DNA of 64,000 nt from Pseudomonadota bacterium (GTDB taxonomy: Bacteria > Pseudomonadota > Alphaproteobacteria > Rickettsiales > UBA3002): NCBI GenBank assembly GCA_040384265.1, contig JAZKJM010000003.1, positions 15,919-79,918 on the forward strand, given 5' to 3'. The position numbers were made by a program, and so were the translations under genes. The notes beneath the pieces are model-generated. The model did not search any database and was not told the DNA's origin. It saw only the letters and a list, made by a program, of their open reading frames with translations. Below, in pieces: positions 53,214 through 62,938 of this stretch (position 1 is its first letter; the number at the start of each line of letters is the position of its first letter).

Positions 53214-53908
53214 TGGACCGGGAAGGTAGGGGGCAGGTAAATCAGCTCACCGTGACGCGGCATGAAATACGTACGTTTTGTATAAACCCTGGGCTCAAGA
53301 AAGAAGGTGAACCCAAGATTGCCACCTGCCGCACCGACCCCTTGCAAAAGATCCTGAATCAGCGGCTGGTAACGGTAACACACTTCGCTCACCAGCATGT
53401 TTTCATTGTCGGGCATGGTGGCCAGCAACCCGGCTGCAGGGGCACCGAAAGCCGCGGTGGTTCCCGCAACGGCCGCGTCTGGCGGTTGCTGCGGGGTAGC
53501 CCCGTTCACAATGCTTGTGCAGTCGTCGCCGAGCGTGCCGCCGCCCGATATCTGCCACTGTATCTTAATAGAGCCATTGATCTTTTTCACCGAGGTCAGG
53601 ATAATCGCCTGCGCGTCCTCCCTCTCGTAGGGACTCATAATGCGGTTAAAAATGGGAAACACATCCGTGCGCAGCACCGATTCCTTGAGCTCGCCAGCAA
53701 AATTACCAGGGGTCGCTGGGTTATACTGGCTAACAATATCGGCCACCACATAGCCCGTTTTTTCCAGCTTCTGGTGAATCAGCATCAGCCGCACCACCTC
53801 GACCCCGCCAAACAGCAGCAGGAAAAGGAACGGAAAAATAAACGCGAACTCGATCAGCGCAACCCCGCGCTCATTTCGTATCCATGATTTCAATCGCACA
53901 AAAAACAT
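53210..53908 (-). CDS. TadE/TadF-like pseudopilin
   Basis: ERG|VALIEFAFIFPFLFLLLFGGVEV: a Flp-type G/xxxxEF processing motif plus a hydrophobic helix. Confidence 0.75.
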   Translation of the reverse strand: MFFVRLKSWIRNERGVALIEFAFIFPFLFLLLFGGVEVVRLMLIHQKLEKTGYVVADIVSQYNPATPGNFAGELKESVLRTDVFPIFNRIMSPYEREDAQAIILTSVKKINGSIKIQWQISGGGTLGDDCTSIVNGATPQQPPDAAVAGTTAAFGAPAAGLLATMPDNENMLVSEVCYRYQPLIQDLLQGVGAAGGNLGFTFFLEPRVYTKRTYFMPRHGELIYLPPTFPVQ

Positions 53909-53933
53909 TCAGGAAACCTTGCTTGCCGTTGGG

Positions 53934-54641
53934 TTAGTTGGATGGTGGCGGTGGGAGCGTAAAGGGTTCGTTCATGATGACGGTTGCCGAGCTGATCGTC
54001 ACCACGTCCGTCGCGCCACCGCCCTCATTCGTGTAAAGCTTGGATTTCCCATCCGCACCAAAGATGCTTTGGCGGAACAGCGGGAAAATGATCCGCCAGG
54101 GGTAGGAAACGCGTATCTCTACCAACTCACCAGCCACACCAAACGAGGCATCGGTCACATCGTTGGGCTTTTGGTAACCTGGCGCACCATTATTTTCCTG
54201 CCATGGGCCATTGCATGTGGCGGGCGGGGTAGGCGGCGTTGGCTGGTCGAGGCACATATCGGGAATGGGTGGTGATTGCACCCCGGCCCCGCCACTGACA
54301 ACGGTAGAATCGACCACCACCGCATTGGAGTTGACGAGTCCGAAGGTTTTTTCTTGTACCATCTTCTTGATCGAGCAGGCGCGCGGATTCTTATCGCCAG
54401 CACAGCTAGCATCGATGGAACCAAGGCCCACCGTGCGCGACACTTGCTGGGTGGCGCTTTCAATCGCCACTTTGGTCATCATGATGAGGCCGTATTCCAT
54501 CGCCCCGCACAGCATGATGAAAAAAACCATCGCCACGATGGCGAATTCCACAATGGTTCCACCCTGCTGGTTGCGTAAAAAGCGGCGGGCGACTGCTCGT
54601 CCGATGATCGAGTTTTCTGATTTCATACTGCATTCTACCAT
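53934..54641 (-). CDS. TadE/TadF-like pseudopilin
   Basis: NQQG|GTIVEFAIVAMVFFIMLCGAMEYG (E at +5, F at +6). Start ambiguous (ATG 54641 or 54626). Begins about 20 nt after the rodA stop. Confidence 0.7.
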   Translation of the reverse strand: MVECSMKSENSIIGRAVARRFLRNQQGGTIVEFAIVAMVFFIMLCGAMEYGLIMMTKVAIESATQQVSRTVGLGSIDASCAGDKNPRACSIKKMVQEKTFGLVNSNAVVVDSTVVSGGAGVQSPPIPDMCLDQPTPPTPPATCNGPWQENNGAPGYQKPNDVTDASFGVAGELVEIRVSYPWRIIFPLFRQSIFGADGKSKLYTNEGGGATDVVTISSATVIMNEPFTLPPPPSN

Positions 54642-54660
54642 TATTTGAGCTAATCATCTA

Positions 54661-55788
54661 TTAGTTTATGCGGCGGCGCGGCAGGGTTTGCTCGCGGTTG
54701 ATATAGACATGCTGAAGCAATCCGCAGGCCATCAGCGACGCCAGCAGGAACGAGCCGCCATAGCTGAGGAACGGCAGCGGCACGCCCACCACCGGAATCA
54801 TCCCCATCACCATCGCCATATTGATGAAAATATGGATGAACATCATCGCCGCCACCCCGGCCGCCAGCGACCGGCCAAAGCCGCTTTTCGCCCGCACCGC
54901 CAGCACCATCGCAAAGGCAATGAGCAGCACATACAGCGCCAGCAGCACCAGCGCACCGATGAAGCCCAGCTCCTCGGCCATCATCGTGAAAATGAAATCC
55001 GTCTGCTTTTCCGGCAAAAAATCCAGCTGGCCCTGGCTGCCATTGAGCAGCCCCTTGCCCGCAAACCCGCCCGAGCCAATGGCGATTTTCGACTGGATAA
55101 TGTTATACCCCGCCCCCAGCGGGTCGCTATCGGGGTTGAGGAAGGTCAGCACCCGCCGCTTCTGGTAATCATGCAGGAAATGGTAGGCGACCGGCACCGC
55201 GCCCGCCACCGCCGCCAGCGCCCCGGCGAAGAAATACCAGCGGATCCCCGCCATATAGCACATCGAAAACGCAATCACCGCCACAATGGTCGCCGTGCCG
55301 AGGTTGGGTTGTTTGAGGATCAGCCCGACCGGAATCAGCGTCAGAATCACCGGCACCATCAGCAGCACCAGATGGTTGGAACGATCGAGCTGCACATGCT
55401 GGAAATAGCGCGCCAACGCCAGGATAATGCCGATTTTCATCAGCTCCGAGGGCTGCAGGTTGAAAAACCCAATCCCCACCCAGCGCTGCGCCCCCAGCCC
55501 CATGATACCGACCGCCGCCACCATCACCAGCAGCAGCACGCAGCCGATATAGACCAGATACGACAACCGCATCAAATGGCCCGGCGGCATCACCGCCAGT
55601 GTCACCATCAGCAGCAGGCCCAGCATCATCCGCAACGCCTGCGGCAGGGCGAACACATGCAAATCACCGCCCGCGGCGGAATATTGCATGACCAGCCCGA
55701 GCAGGCTCAGCGCCATCGTCACCAGCAAGATGCCCATATGCATCGACTGCAGGCGTTTCATCACGCGTTTAACCATCGCCGAGCTCAT
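54661..55788 (-). CDS. rodA: Rod-shape-determining SEDS glycosyltransferase RodA
   Basis: 10-TM FtsW/RodA family. QPSELMK, GAGYNIIQSKIAIGSGGFAGKG, and PVVGVPLPFLSYGGS. ATG 55788 is chosen and abuts the mrdA stop. Confidence 0.92.
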   Translation of the reverse strand: MSSAMVKRVMKRLQSMHMGILLVTMALSLLGLVMQYSAAGGDLHVFALPQALRMMLGLLLMVTLAVMPPGHLMRLSYLVYIGCVLLLVMVAAVGIMGLGAQRWVGIGFFNLQPSELMKIGIILALARYFQHVQLDRSNHLVLLMVPVILTLIPVGLILKQPNLGTATIVAVIAFSMCYMAGIRWYFFAGALAAVAGAVPVAYHFLHDYQKRRVLTFLNPDSDPLGAGYNIIQSKIAIGSGGFAGKGLLNGSQGQLDFLPEKQTDFIFTMMAEELGFIGALVLLALYVLLIAFAMVLAVRAKSGFGRSLAAGVAAMMFIHIFINMAMVMGMIPVVGVPLPFLSYGGSFLLASLMACGLLQHVYINREQTLPRRRIN

Positions 55789-55789
55789 C

Positions 55790-57607
55790 TCATGCCCCCG
55801 CTTTCGATGGGTTGAGTGGCGGATTCGCCATGCATTCCTGCGCTTTTTGCAGCACATCGCGCGCCACCGGTGCTGCGGCGGATGCCCCGCCGCCGCCATG
55901 TTCGATAATCACCGAGCAGCAGATTTCCGGCGCATGCACCGGCGCATAGCCGACAAACCACGCATGGTGGCGGAACTCCCACGGAATCAAATTCTGGTTC
56001 TGCCCATGCACCAGCAATTTACGCACCTGCGAGGTGCCCGTTTTACCGCCAAACGCCAGCGCCTCGTCCTTGATCGCCGAGCCATGCGCGGTGCCGCGGT
56101 CGCTGTTGACCACCCGGTTCATCCCCTCGAGAATCACCGCGAGATGCTCCTCGCTCACATCCACTTTGCCTTGCAGCTTATCCTTCTCGCGCATCAGCAG
56201 GCGCGGCGTGATTTTCTTGCCGCCATTGACCATGCGCGCCGTCATCGTCGCCAGCTGGATCGGTGTCGTCAGCGTGTCGCCCTGTCCGATGGAGCTGTTG
56301 ATGGTTTCACCCGGATTCCACGGCTGGCCACGCGCTTTCAGCTTCCAGGCCGGGCTTGGCACAATGCCCGGCTGCTCGCCGCGCAAGCCCAGTCCGGATT
56401 TCTGGCCCAGCCCAAAGTCCGTGCTCATCGCCGCCACGGCTTCGATGCCGATATCGCGCGCCACCGTGTAGAAATACACATCGCAGGATTGCTCCAGCGC
56501 CTCGGCCATCGACATGCTGCCATGGCCCTCGGTTTTCCAGCAGCTGAACGGGTGGTTGCCCAAATAAAACGTGCCGTTGCAATAGACACGGCTGTTGGCG
56601 GTGTATTTCCCGGATTTCAGCCCCGCCAGCCCGGTCACCATTTTAAAGGTCGAGCCCGGCGGGTATTGCCCGGCAATCGCCTTGTTCATCAGCGGCGCTT
56701 TTTTGTTGGCCTTCAGCGCGTTGTAATAATCCGCGCGGATGCCTTTGCTGAATTCGTTGGGGTCATACGACGGCACCGACACCAGCGCCATCACCTCGCC
56801 GGTATGGACCTTCATCACCACCACGGCGCCCGATTCCTCGCCCAGGCGCTGCACGCAGAATTCCTGCAGGCGCGAGTCAATCGTCAGTGGCAGCGCATCG
56901 CCCGCAGTTGCGGGCTGATGGCTCAGCTCGCGCACCGGCGAGCCGGTGGCGTTCACTTCCATCTGGCGCGCGCCCGCCTTGCCCTGCAGCGACGCCTCAT
57001 ACAGCGCCTCAATCCCGTTCTTGCCGATCTTCATATCGGGATGGCCGAGCAGCGGCTCGCTCTTATCCACCTCATCTTCCGACACTTTGCCGACATACCC
57101 GATCAAATGGCTCGCATGGTCCGAGAACGGGTAATGCCGCCACTGGCCTTCATCAATCGTCGCCGCGCTCAGCTCGGGCATGTGGTATTGAATCCGCGCC
57201 ACCTCGTTCCAATCCAGATGCTCGCGCACGAGGATCGGAATCCCCACCTTGCGACGACGGATGGCGTCGGTGATGGTTTTCACCTCGCCGTCGCTCAGCT
57301 TCATCAGCGGTTGCAGTTGCTTCAGGCAGGTGCGCGCTTCGGTGCGGTTATCCGCTTCCAGCACCAGCCGGTAATTCACATGGTTCATCGCCAGCGCGAC
57401 GCCGTAGCGATCCGAAATAATTCCACGCGGCGGGATGATGAGCTGCATTTTAACGCGGTTGCCTTCCGCCTGCGTCGCAAACTCCGCCCCATGCACAAAC
57501 TGCAGGTAATAGAGCCGCGACAGCAGCGCAAAACCCGCCGCCGCCTGCACGCCGCCAAACACCACCGCGCGGCGGCTAAGCATCTTTTGCAGTTCATGTG
57601 GGCGCAT
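55790..57607 (-). CDS. mrdA: Penicillin-binding protein 2 (elongasome transpeptidase)
   Basis: N-terminal TM. Transpeptidase motifs SxxK (GSTFKMVT), SxN (SCD region) and KTG (GGKTGTSQV). 605 aa, between mreD and rodA. Confidence 0.93.
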   Translation of the reverse strand: MRPHELQKMLSRRAVVFGGVQAAAGFALLSRLYYLQFVHGAEFATQAEGNRVKMQLIIPPRGIISDRYGVALAMNHVNYRLVLEADNRTEARTCLKQLQPLMKLSDGEVKTITDAIRRRKVGIPILVREHLDWNEVARIQYHMPELSAATIDEGQWRHYPFSDHASHLIGYVGKVSEDEVDKSEPLLGHPDMKIGKNGIEALYEASLQGKAGARQMEVNATGSPVRELSHQPATAGDALPLTIDSRLQEFCVQRLGEESGAVVVMKVHTGEVMALVSVPSYDPNEFSKGIRADYYNALKANKKAPLMNKAIAGQYPPGSTFKMVTGLAGLKSGKYTANSRVYCNGTFYLGNHPFSCWKTEGHGSMSMAEALEQSCDVYFYTVARDIGIEAVAAMSTDFGLGQKSGLGLRGEQPGIVPSPAWKLKARGQPWNPGETINSSIGQGDTLTTPIQLATMTARMVNGGKKITPRLLMREKDKLQGKVDVSEEHLAVILEGMNRVVNSDRGTAHGSAIKDEALAFGGKTGTSQVRKLLVHGQNQNLIPWEFRHHAWFVGYAPVHAPEICCSVIIEHGGGGASAAAPVARDVLQKAQECMANPPLNPSKAGA

Positions 57608-57685
57608 AAGGCAGTGCGATTTGGGGGGTGAAATTCAACGAAAGCATAGAGGAAGAAGCCGCGCGATGAACAGCGATTTTTTGCC

Positions 57686-58168
57686 CTAATCCCGAATCCC
57701 TAAAGCGCGCACCATGCCGTAGATTAGCGGATACCACAGCGCGCTCACCAGCCCGGCGCGAATCAGCGCGGGCAACGAGGCCGCATCGGGCATCACCGCA
57801 TAGAGCAGCGCCCACAGCAGCACATGCCAGACCACCAGCACCCCGGCCGCTTCCAGCCAGCGCATGCGGAATGGCTGGGCCTGCTGCCGCTGCGCCTGCG
57901 CCAGCACCAGCTGGGCGAGCAGCACACTCAGCACCGCCTGGCTGCCCAGCGGCGTGCCAAACAGCACGTCCTGCAGCAGCCCAATCACAAACGCAAACCC
58001 GCGCGGCCATGCGGGCGGATACAGCCCGACCACCACCAGCGTCATCAGCCAGGCCACATTGGGCGCCAGCGAAAAACTCGAATTCAGTGGCGCCGCCGCC
58101 AACGCTACCAACACCAGCGCCACCAGCGCTGGAACCGCCACCACGATATTATGTGAAACAGAACGCAT
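57686..58168 (-). CDS. mreD: Rod-shape protein MreD
   Basis: 160-aa polytopic membrane protein located between mreC and mrdA. Confidence 0.8.
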   Translation of the reverse strand: MRSVSHNIVVAVPALVALVLVALAAAPLNSSFSLAPNVAWLMTLVVVGLYPPAWPRGFAFVIGLLQDVLFGTPLGSQAVLSVLLAQLVLAQAQRQQAQPFRMRWLEAAGVLVVWHVLLWALLYAVMPDAASLPALIRAGLVSALWYPLIYGMVRALGIRD

Positions 58169-58305
58169 GACAAACTCGTAGCGGGCACGCAGCTATTGGC
58201 CAAGTATTCTTTTAGCAGTGAATGCGTAGCGCTGCGCGCGAGCCGCGAAGCGGAGGGGGTCAGCGGCATCGCCGCGTAGGGGGCTGATGCCCCCTTCAAT
58301 CATCT

Positions 58306-59139
58306 CTATTTCGCGATCATCACGCGCACATATTCCGACTGCGCCAACGGCCGCAGCGGCTTGACCAGCAGCCCGGTCGCGTCGCGCCGGAACACCGTAC
58401 CCACCATAATACTATCGGGAATCAGCCCGCCTTCGGCGGTGGTCATCACCGGCTCGCCCAGCGCAATCGCGTTCACATCACCGCCCACAAAGGTCAGGTG
58501 CAGCAACGCCTCGCCCGCGCCTGCCAGAATCGCGTGCTGGCGCGAATTGCCGCTAATCACCGGCACCCGGCTCGACGTATCCGACAGCAGCAGCACCCGC
58601 GCCGTATGCTCGCCCACCTCGACCACGCGGCCAACCAACCCGTGCGCATCAATCACCGGCTGCAGCGATTTCAGACCATCCGCCGCGCCGGCATTAATCA
58701 TCAGCGTGCCGGCATAGGCATCCGGGCTCTGCGCAATCACATGCGCGGTCACATAGCTCACCTGCTCCACCGGCCGGTACGCCGCCAGCGCCCGCAGCGA
58801 TTCGTTCTCGACTTTCAGCGCTTGTGCGACCGCCTGCCAGTGGCGCAGCGTGTCGTTTTCCTCGCGCATTTGCTTGTTTTCTTCGTAGGCTTTGAACAGC
58901 GCGTCCTTGTTGGCCATCAGGTTGCGGATGCCCGAAACCGGCACCGTCACTGCCTCCAGCACCGGGCTGAGCATATCGCCCGCCGCCATCCGCGCCCGCA
59001 CGATCAGCGGGCTATGCAGCCGCGTCATCACCAGCAACGACACCCCAATCAGCAGCAGCACCGCCACCAGCACCCGCGATTTCAGCGATTTTGCCGAACC
59101 CCGGCTTGCATAGCCATAGGAATACCGCTCCGGGCGCAT
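58306..59139 (-). CDS. mreC: Rod-shape protein MreC
   Basis: N-terminal TM, coiled coil (ENKQMREENDTLRHW), and beta-barrel domains (GLVGRVVEVGEHTARVLLLSD). Confidence 0.9.
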   Translation of the reverse strand: MRPERYSYGYASRGSAKSLKSRVLVAVLLLIGVSLLVMTRLHSPLIVRARMAAGDMLSPVLEAVTVPVSGIRNLMANKDALFKAYEENKQMREENDTLRHWQAVAQALKVENESLRALAAYRPVEQVSYVTAHVIAQSPDAYAGTLMINAGAADGLKSLQPVIDAHGLVGRVVEVGEHTARVLLLSDTSSRVPVISGNSRQHAILAGAGEALLHLTFVGGDVNAIALGEPVMTTAEGGLIPDSIMVGTVFRRDATGLLVKPLRPLAQSEYVRVMIAK

Positions 59140-59142
59140 GGC

Positions 59143-60228
<1,086 letters not shown>

Positions 60229-60318
60229 TTAGCGAGGCCTCCCCCGCTGGCAAGGAAAATTCATGGAAATCTGCCAGACTGTCATCAAGCGGTCATAAAT
60301 GTCTGTTAGATTTTGCTT

Positions 60319-60870
60319 ATGGCTGAAAAAGAAACACTCGCACAAACACCCGTTGCGCCGAAAAAACACGGCGTGCAAAACCTCGATACGGCCTCGACCA
60401 TCTCCTTCGTCGCAGCGTCGACGCTGGGTGCCATTGGTGTCGCCAACAATGTGCGCAATAATTTCTGGCATAATTTTATTCAGGGCTTCCGCGAAATCAA
60501 TACGCCCTTCGCGCCCTTGCGCGATAAGTTCACCGCGCAGTTCCAAAAAACCGCGCGCGATTTTTCTGCCGGGGCGCTCGGCTCGCGCGAATACCGCGAC
60601 ACGATGCGCAGCATCTCCAACAATTACCGCAACGAAGTAGCCGATAAACTGCTCAAGGATTTCGACATCCCAACCCATGGCATCGCCGGTTGGACCATTG
60701 GCACCGTCAAACGCGTGAAGGAATTGGGCATCAACGGCCGCATCCAGAGTGTAGTCGGCTTCGCCACCGTCGGCGCCATCACGCTTGGTTCCGTGAATGT
60801 TCTGCGCAACAGCAAAAACACCATCGACCGCGTCGAAGACAAAATCGATGCGGGTGGGCATAGCCGCTAG
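60319..60870 (+). CDS. Hypothetical membrane protein (183 aa), apparent paralogue of 27264-27794
   Basis: Two hydrophobic segments. The C-terminal half aligns with the 27264 ORF (see that entry). A sampled line gives about 43% G+C. ATG 60319 is preferred to TTG 60313. Confidence 0.5.
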   Translation: MAEKETLAQTPVAPKKHGVQNLDTASTISFVAASTLGAIGVANNVRNNFWHNFIQGFREINTPFAPLRDKFTAQFQKTARDFSAGALGSREYRDTMRSISNNYRNEVADKLLKDFDIPTHGIAGWTIGTVKRVKELGINGRIQSVVGFATVGAITLGSVNVLRNSKNTIDRVEDKIDAGGHSR

Positions 60871-60889
60871 GTAATAGAATGGATTTCTC

Positions 60890-61315
60890 ATGACCACAGA
60901 TCCGGATAAAAAACCAACGGCAATGCAAGCCTACCTGCGGGCGAATGCGTCGTTTGTCGATTCACACGCCCCTTTGCATGTTGCAGACAAACACCCGCAC
61001 CCCAGATGCGCGCGCGTCCAGCCTGACAAATGGCATAAGCTGGCTACCGCCAGCGCAAATCCTCATCTCACTACCCTGTGGGAACACTACAGTAGTGACT
61101 GCCAGAGACGCCACGCAGCAGCGATGCCGTATGCAGCATTTATTGATGTCGCGCGTGAACTGACGCACCCGGAACTGCCCTTTTACTGGACTATGTATAG
61201 CGCGAACTGCAAACAAAATGAGCGCGAACCCGATCCCTTTTTGCTCTTTGTGTCCGACATGCAAAAGGCACTGACCTCCGAGAGCCATCGCTCGGGAAAT
61301 CAGGCGATGCGCTAA
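60890..61315 (+). CDS. Hypothetical protein (141 aa)
   Basis: Intact ORF with lower GC and no motif recognised. Weak SD. Confidence 0.4.
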   Translation: MTTDPDKKPTAMQAYLRANASFVDSHAPLHVADKHPHPRCARVQPDKWHKLATASANPHLTTLWEHYSSDCQRRHAAAMPYAAFIDVARELTHPELPFYWTMYSANCKQNEREPDPFLLFVSDMQKALTSESHRSGNQAMR

Positions 61316-61325
61316 GAACTATGAA

Positions 61326-62915
61326 TTACGCCGCATCCGTCGCGCCCGGTTTCACCGGCGCTTTGGCGGCCGCCGTTTCTTCCTGATCGGTCAGCAGCAG
61401 GCGCGCGCTCAGGCGATCCAGCTTGTTGAAGGCGTTGATATAAGCCTTGGCACTGGCCACCAGCGTATCCACATCCGCGCCGTGGCCCATCACTAGTTTG
61501 CCTTCACGCTCGAGGCGCACGGTCACTTCCGCTTGCGCGTCCGTTCCGCCCGTCACCGCATGCACCTGATAGAGCTTCAGCTCCGCCTCACCGGCATCCA
61601 AAATCAGCGACTTGATCGCCTTGAACATCGCATCGACCGGGCCGTTGCCCTCTTTCTTCGCGGTGCGCAGATGGCCGTCGATCATCAGCCCCAGCCGCGC
61701 CATTTGCGGGCCTTCGCTGCCGCACTCCACCTGCAGCGCAGCGAACGCATAACGCTCATCCGCCGCATCCGTATCGAGCAGGGCGAGGATATCCTCGTCG
61801 AAAATTTCTTTCTTCTTATCGGCCAGCGTTTTGAAGCGCACGAACGCATCTTCCAGCTGGTTGTCGCCCAGGCGCATGCCCATATCCGCCAGCTTATCCT
61901 TGAACGCGGCGCGGCCCGAATGCTTGCCCATGACAAGGTTGGTCTTGGTCACACCCACCGATTCGGGCGTCATGATCTCATAGGTATCGCGGTTTTTCAG
62001 CATGCCATCCTGGTGGATGCCCGACTCATGCGCAAAGGCGTTTGCGCCCACAATCGCCTTGTTCACCTGCACCGCCTGCCCCGTCACCTGCGTGACCAAG
62101 CGCGATGCCCGCATCAAATGCTCCGTGCGGATGCCGCACTCCACACCGAACACATCCTTGCGCACTTTCAGCGCCATCACCACTTCTTCCAGCGACGTAT
62201 TGCCCGCCCGCTCGCCGATGCCGTTGATGGTGCATTCAATCTGGCGCGCCCCGGCCTGTACGGCCGCCAGCGAGTTCGCCGTGGCGAGGCCAAGGTCATT
62301 CTGCCCATGGAAGCTGAACACGGCTTTATCCGCGTTTTTCACGCTGCCCATCACGGTTTTGAACATTTTCGCAATCGTCTCGGGCGTGCCGTAGCCCACC
62401 GTATCGGGCAGGTTGATCGTCGTCGCCCCGGCGGCAATCGCCACCTCGACCGCTTTGCACAAATAATCAAGCTCGGTGCGCGTCGCATCCATCGCCGACC
62501 ATTCGACATTATCGGTAAACCCGCGTGCCAGCGCCACGGCGTTCTTGATCACCACCAGCGCGTCGTCCTGCGAAATCTTGAACTGGTGCGTCAGGTGGAT
62601 TTCCGACGTGCTCATAAACGTATGGATGCGGCAGCGCTTGGCAGGCTTCAACGCCTCCGCCGCGCGGCGGATATCGGCTTCCTTGGCGCGCGCTAACGAG
62701 CAGATCACCGCATTTTTCGCCACCGTCGCAATCGCCTTCACGGATTCAAAATCACCGTCCGACGCCATCGCAAACCCGGCCTCGATCACATCGACGCCCA
62801 TGCCATCGAGCACCTCGGCGACCAGCAGTTTCTCCTCGCGCGTCATCGACATGCCCGGCGACTGCTCGCCATCGCGCAACGTGGTATCGAAAATGGTGAT
62901 GCGGTTCATGGTCAT
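61326..62915 (-). CDS. leuA: 2-isopropylmalate synthase
   Basis: ITIFDTTLRDGEQSPG, HGQNDLGLATANSLAAV, and HESGIHQDG, plus a C-terminal LeuA dimerisation/regulatory domain. ATG 62915 (MTMNR) is preferred to 62987. Confidence 0.95.
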   Translation of the reverse strand: MTMNRITIFDTTLRDGEQSPGMSMTREEKLLVAEVLDGMGVDVIEAGFAMASDGDFESVKAIATVAKNAVICSLARAKEADIRRAAEALKPAKRCRIHTFMSTSEIHLTHQFKISQDDALVVIKNAVALARGFTDNVEWSAMDATRTELDYLCKAVEVAIAAGATTINLPDTVGYGTPETIAKMFKTVMGSVKNADKAVFSFHGQNDLGLATANSLAAVQAGARQIECTINGIGERAGNTSLEEVVMALKVRKDVFGVECGIRTEHLMRASRLVTQVTGQAVQVNKAIVGANAFAHESGIHQDGMLKNRDTYEIMTPESVGVTKTNLVMGKHSGRAAFKDKLADMGMRLGDNQLEDAFVRFKTLADKKKEIFDEDILALLDTDAADERYAFAALQVECGSEGPQMARLGLMIDGHLRTAKKEGNGPVDAMFKAIKSLILDAGEAELKLYQVHAVTGGTDAQAEVTVRLEREGKLVMGHGADVDTLVASAKAYINAFNKLDRLSARLLLTDQEETAAAKAPVKPGATDAA

Positions 62916-62938
62916 AGGGTGCTCATAATAAATGCGTT

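Noticed and set aside
54688-57631. Long + strand ORFs (54688-55815, 55688-57631) opposite rodA and mrdA
   Set aside because: His/Arg/Gln-rich off-frame translations opposite genes with canonical SEDS and PBP motifs.
61533-62696. 387-aa + strand ORF opposite leuA
   Set aside because: Antisense to leuA, which has canonical motifs.
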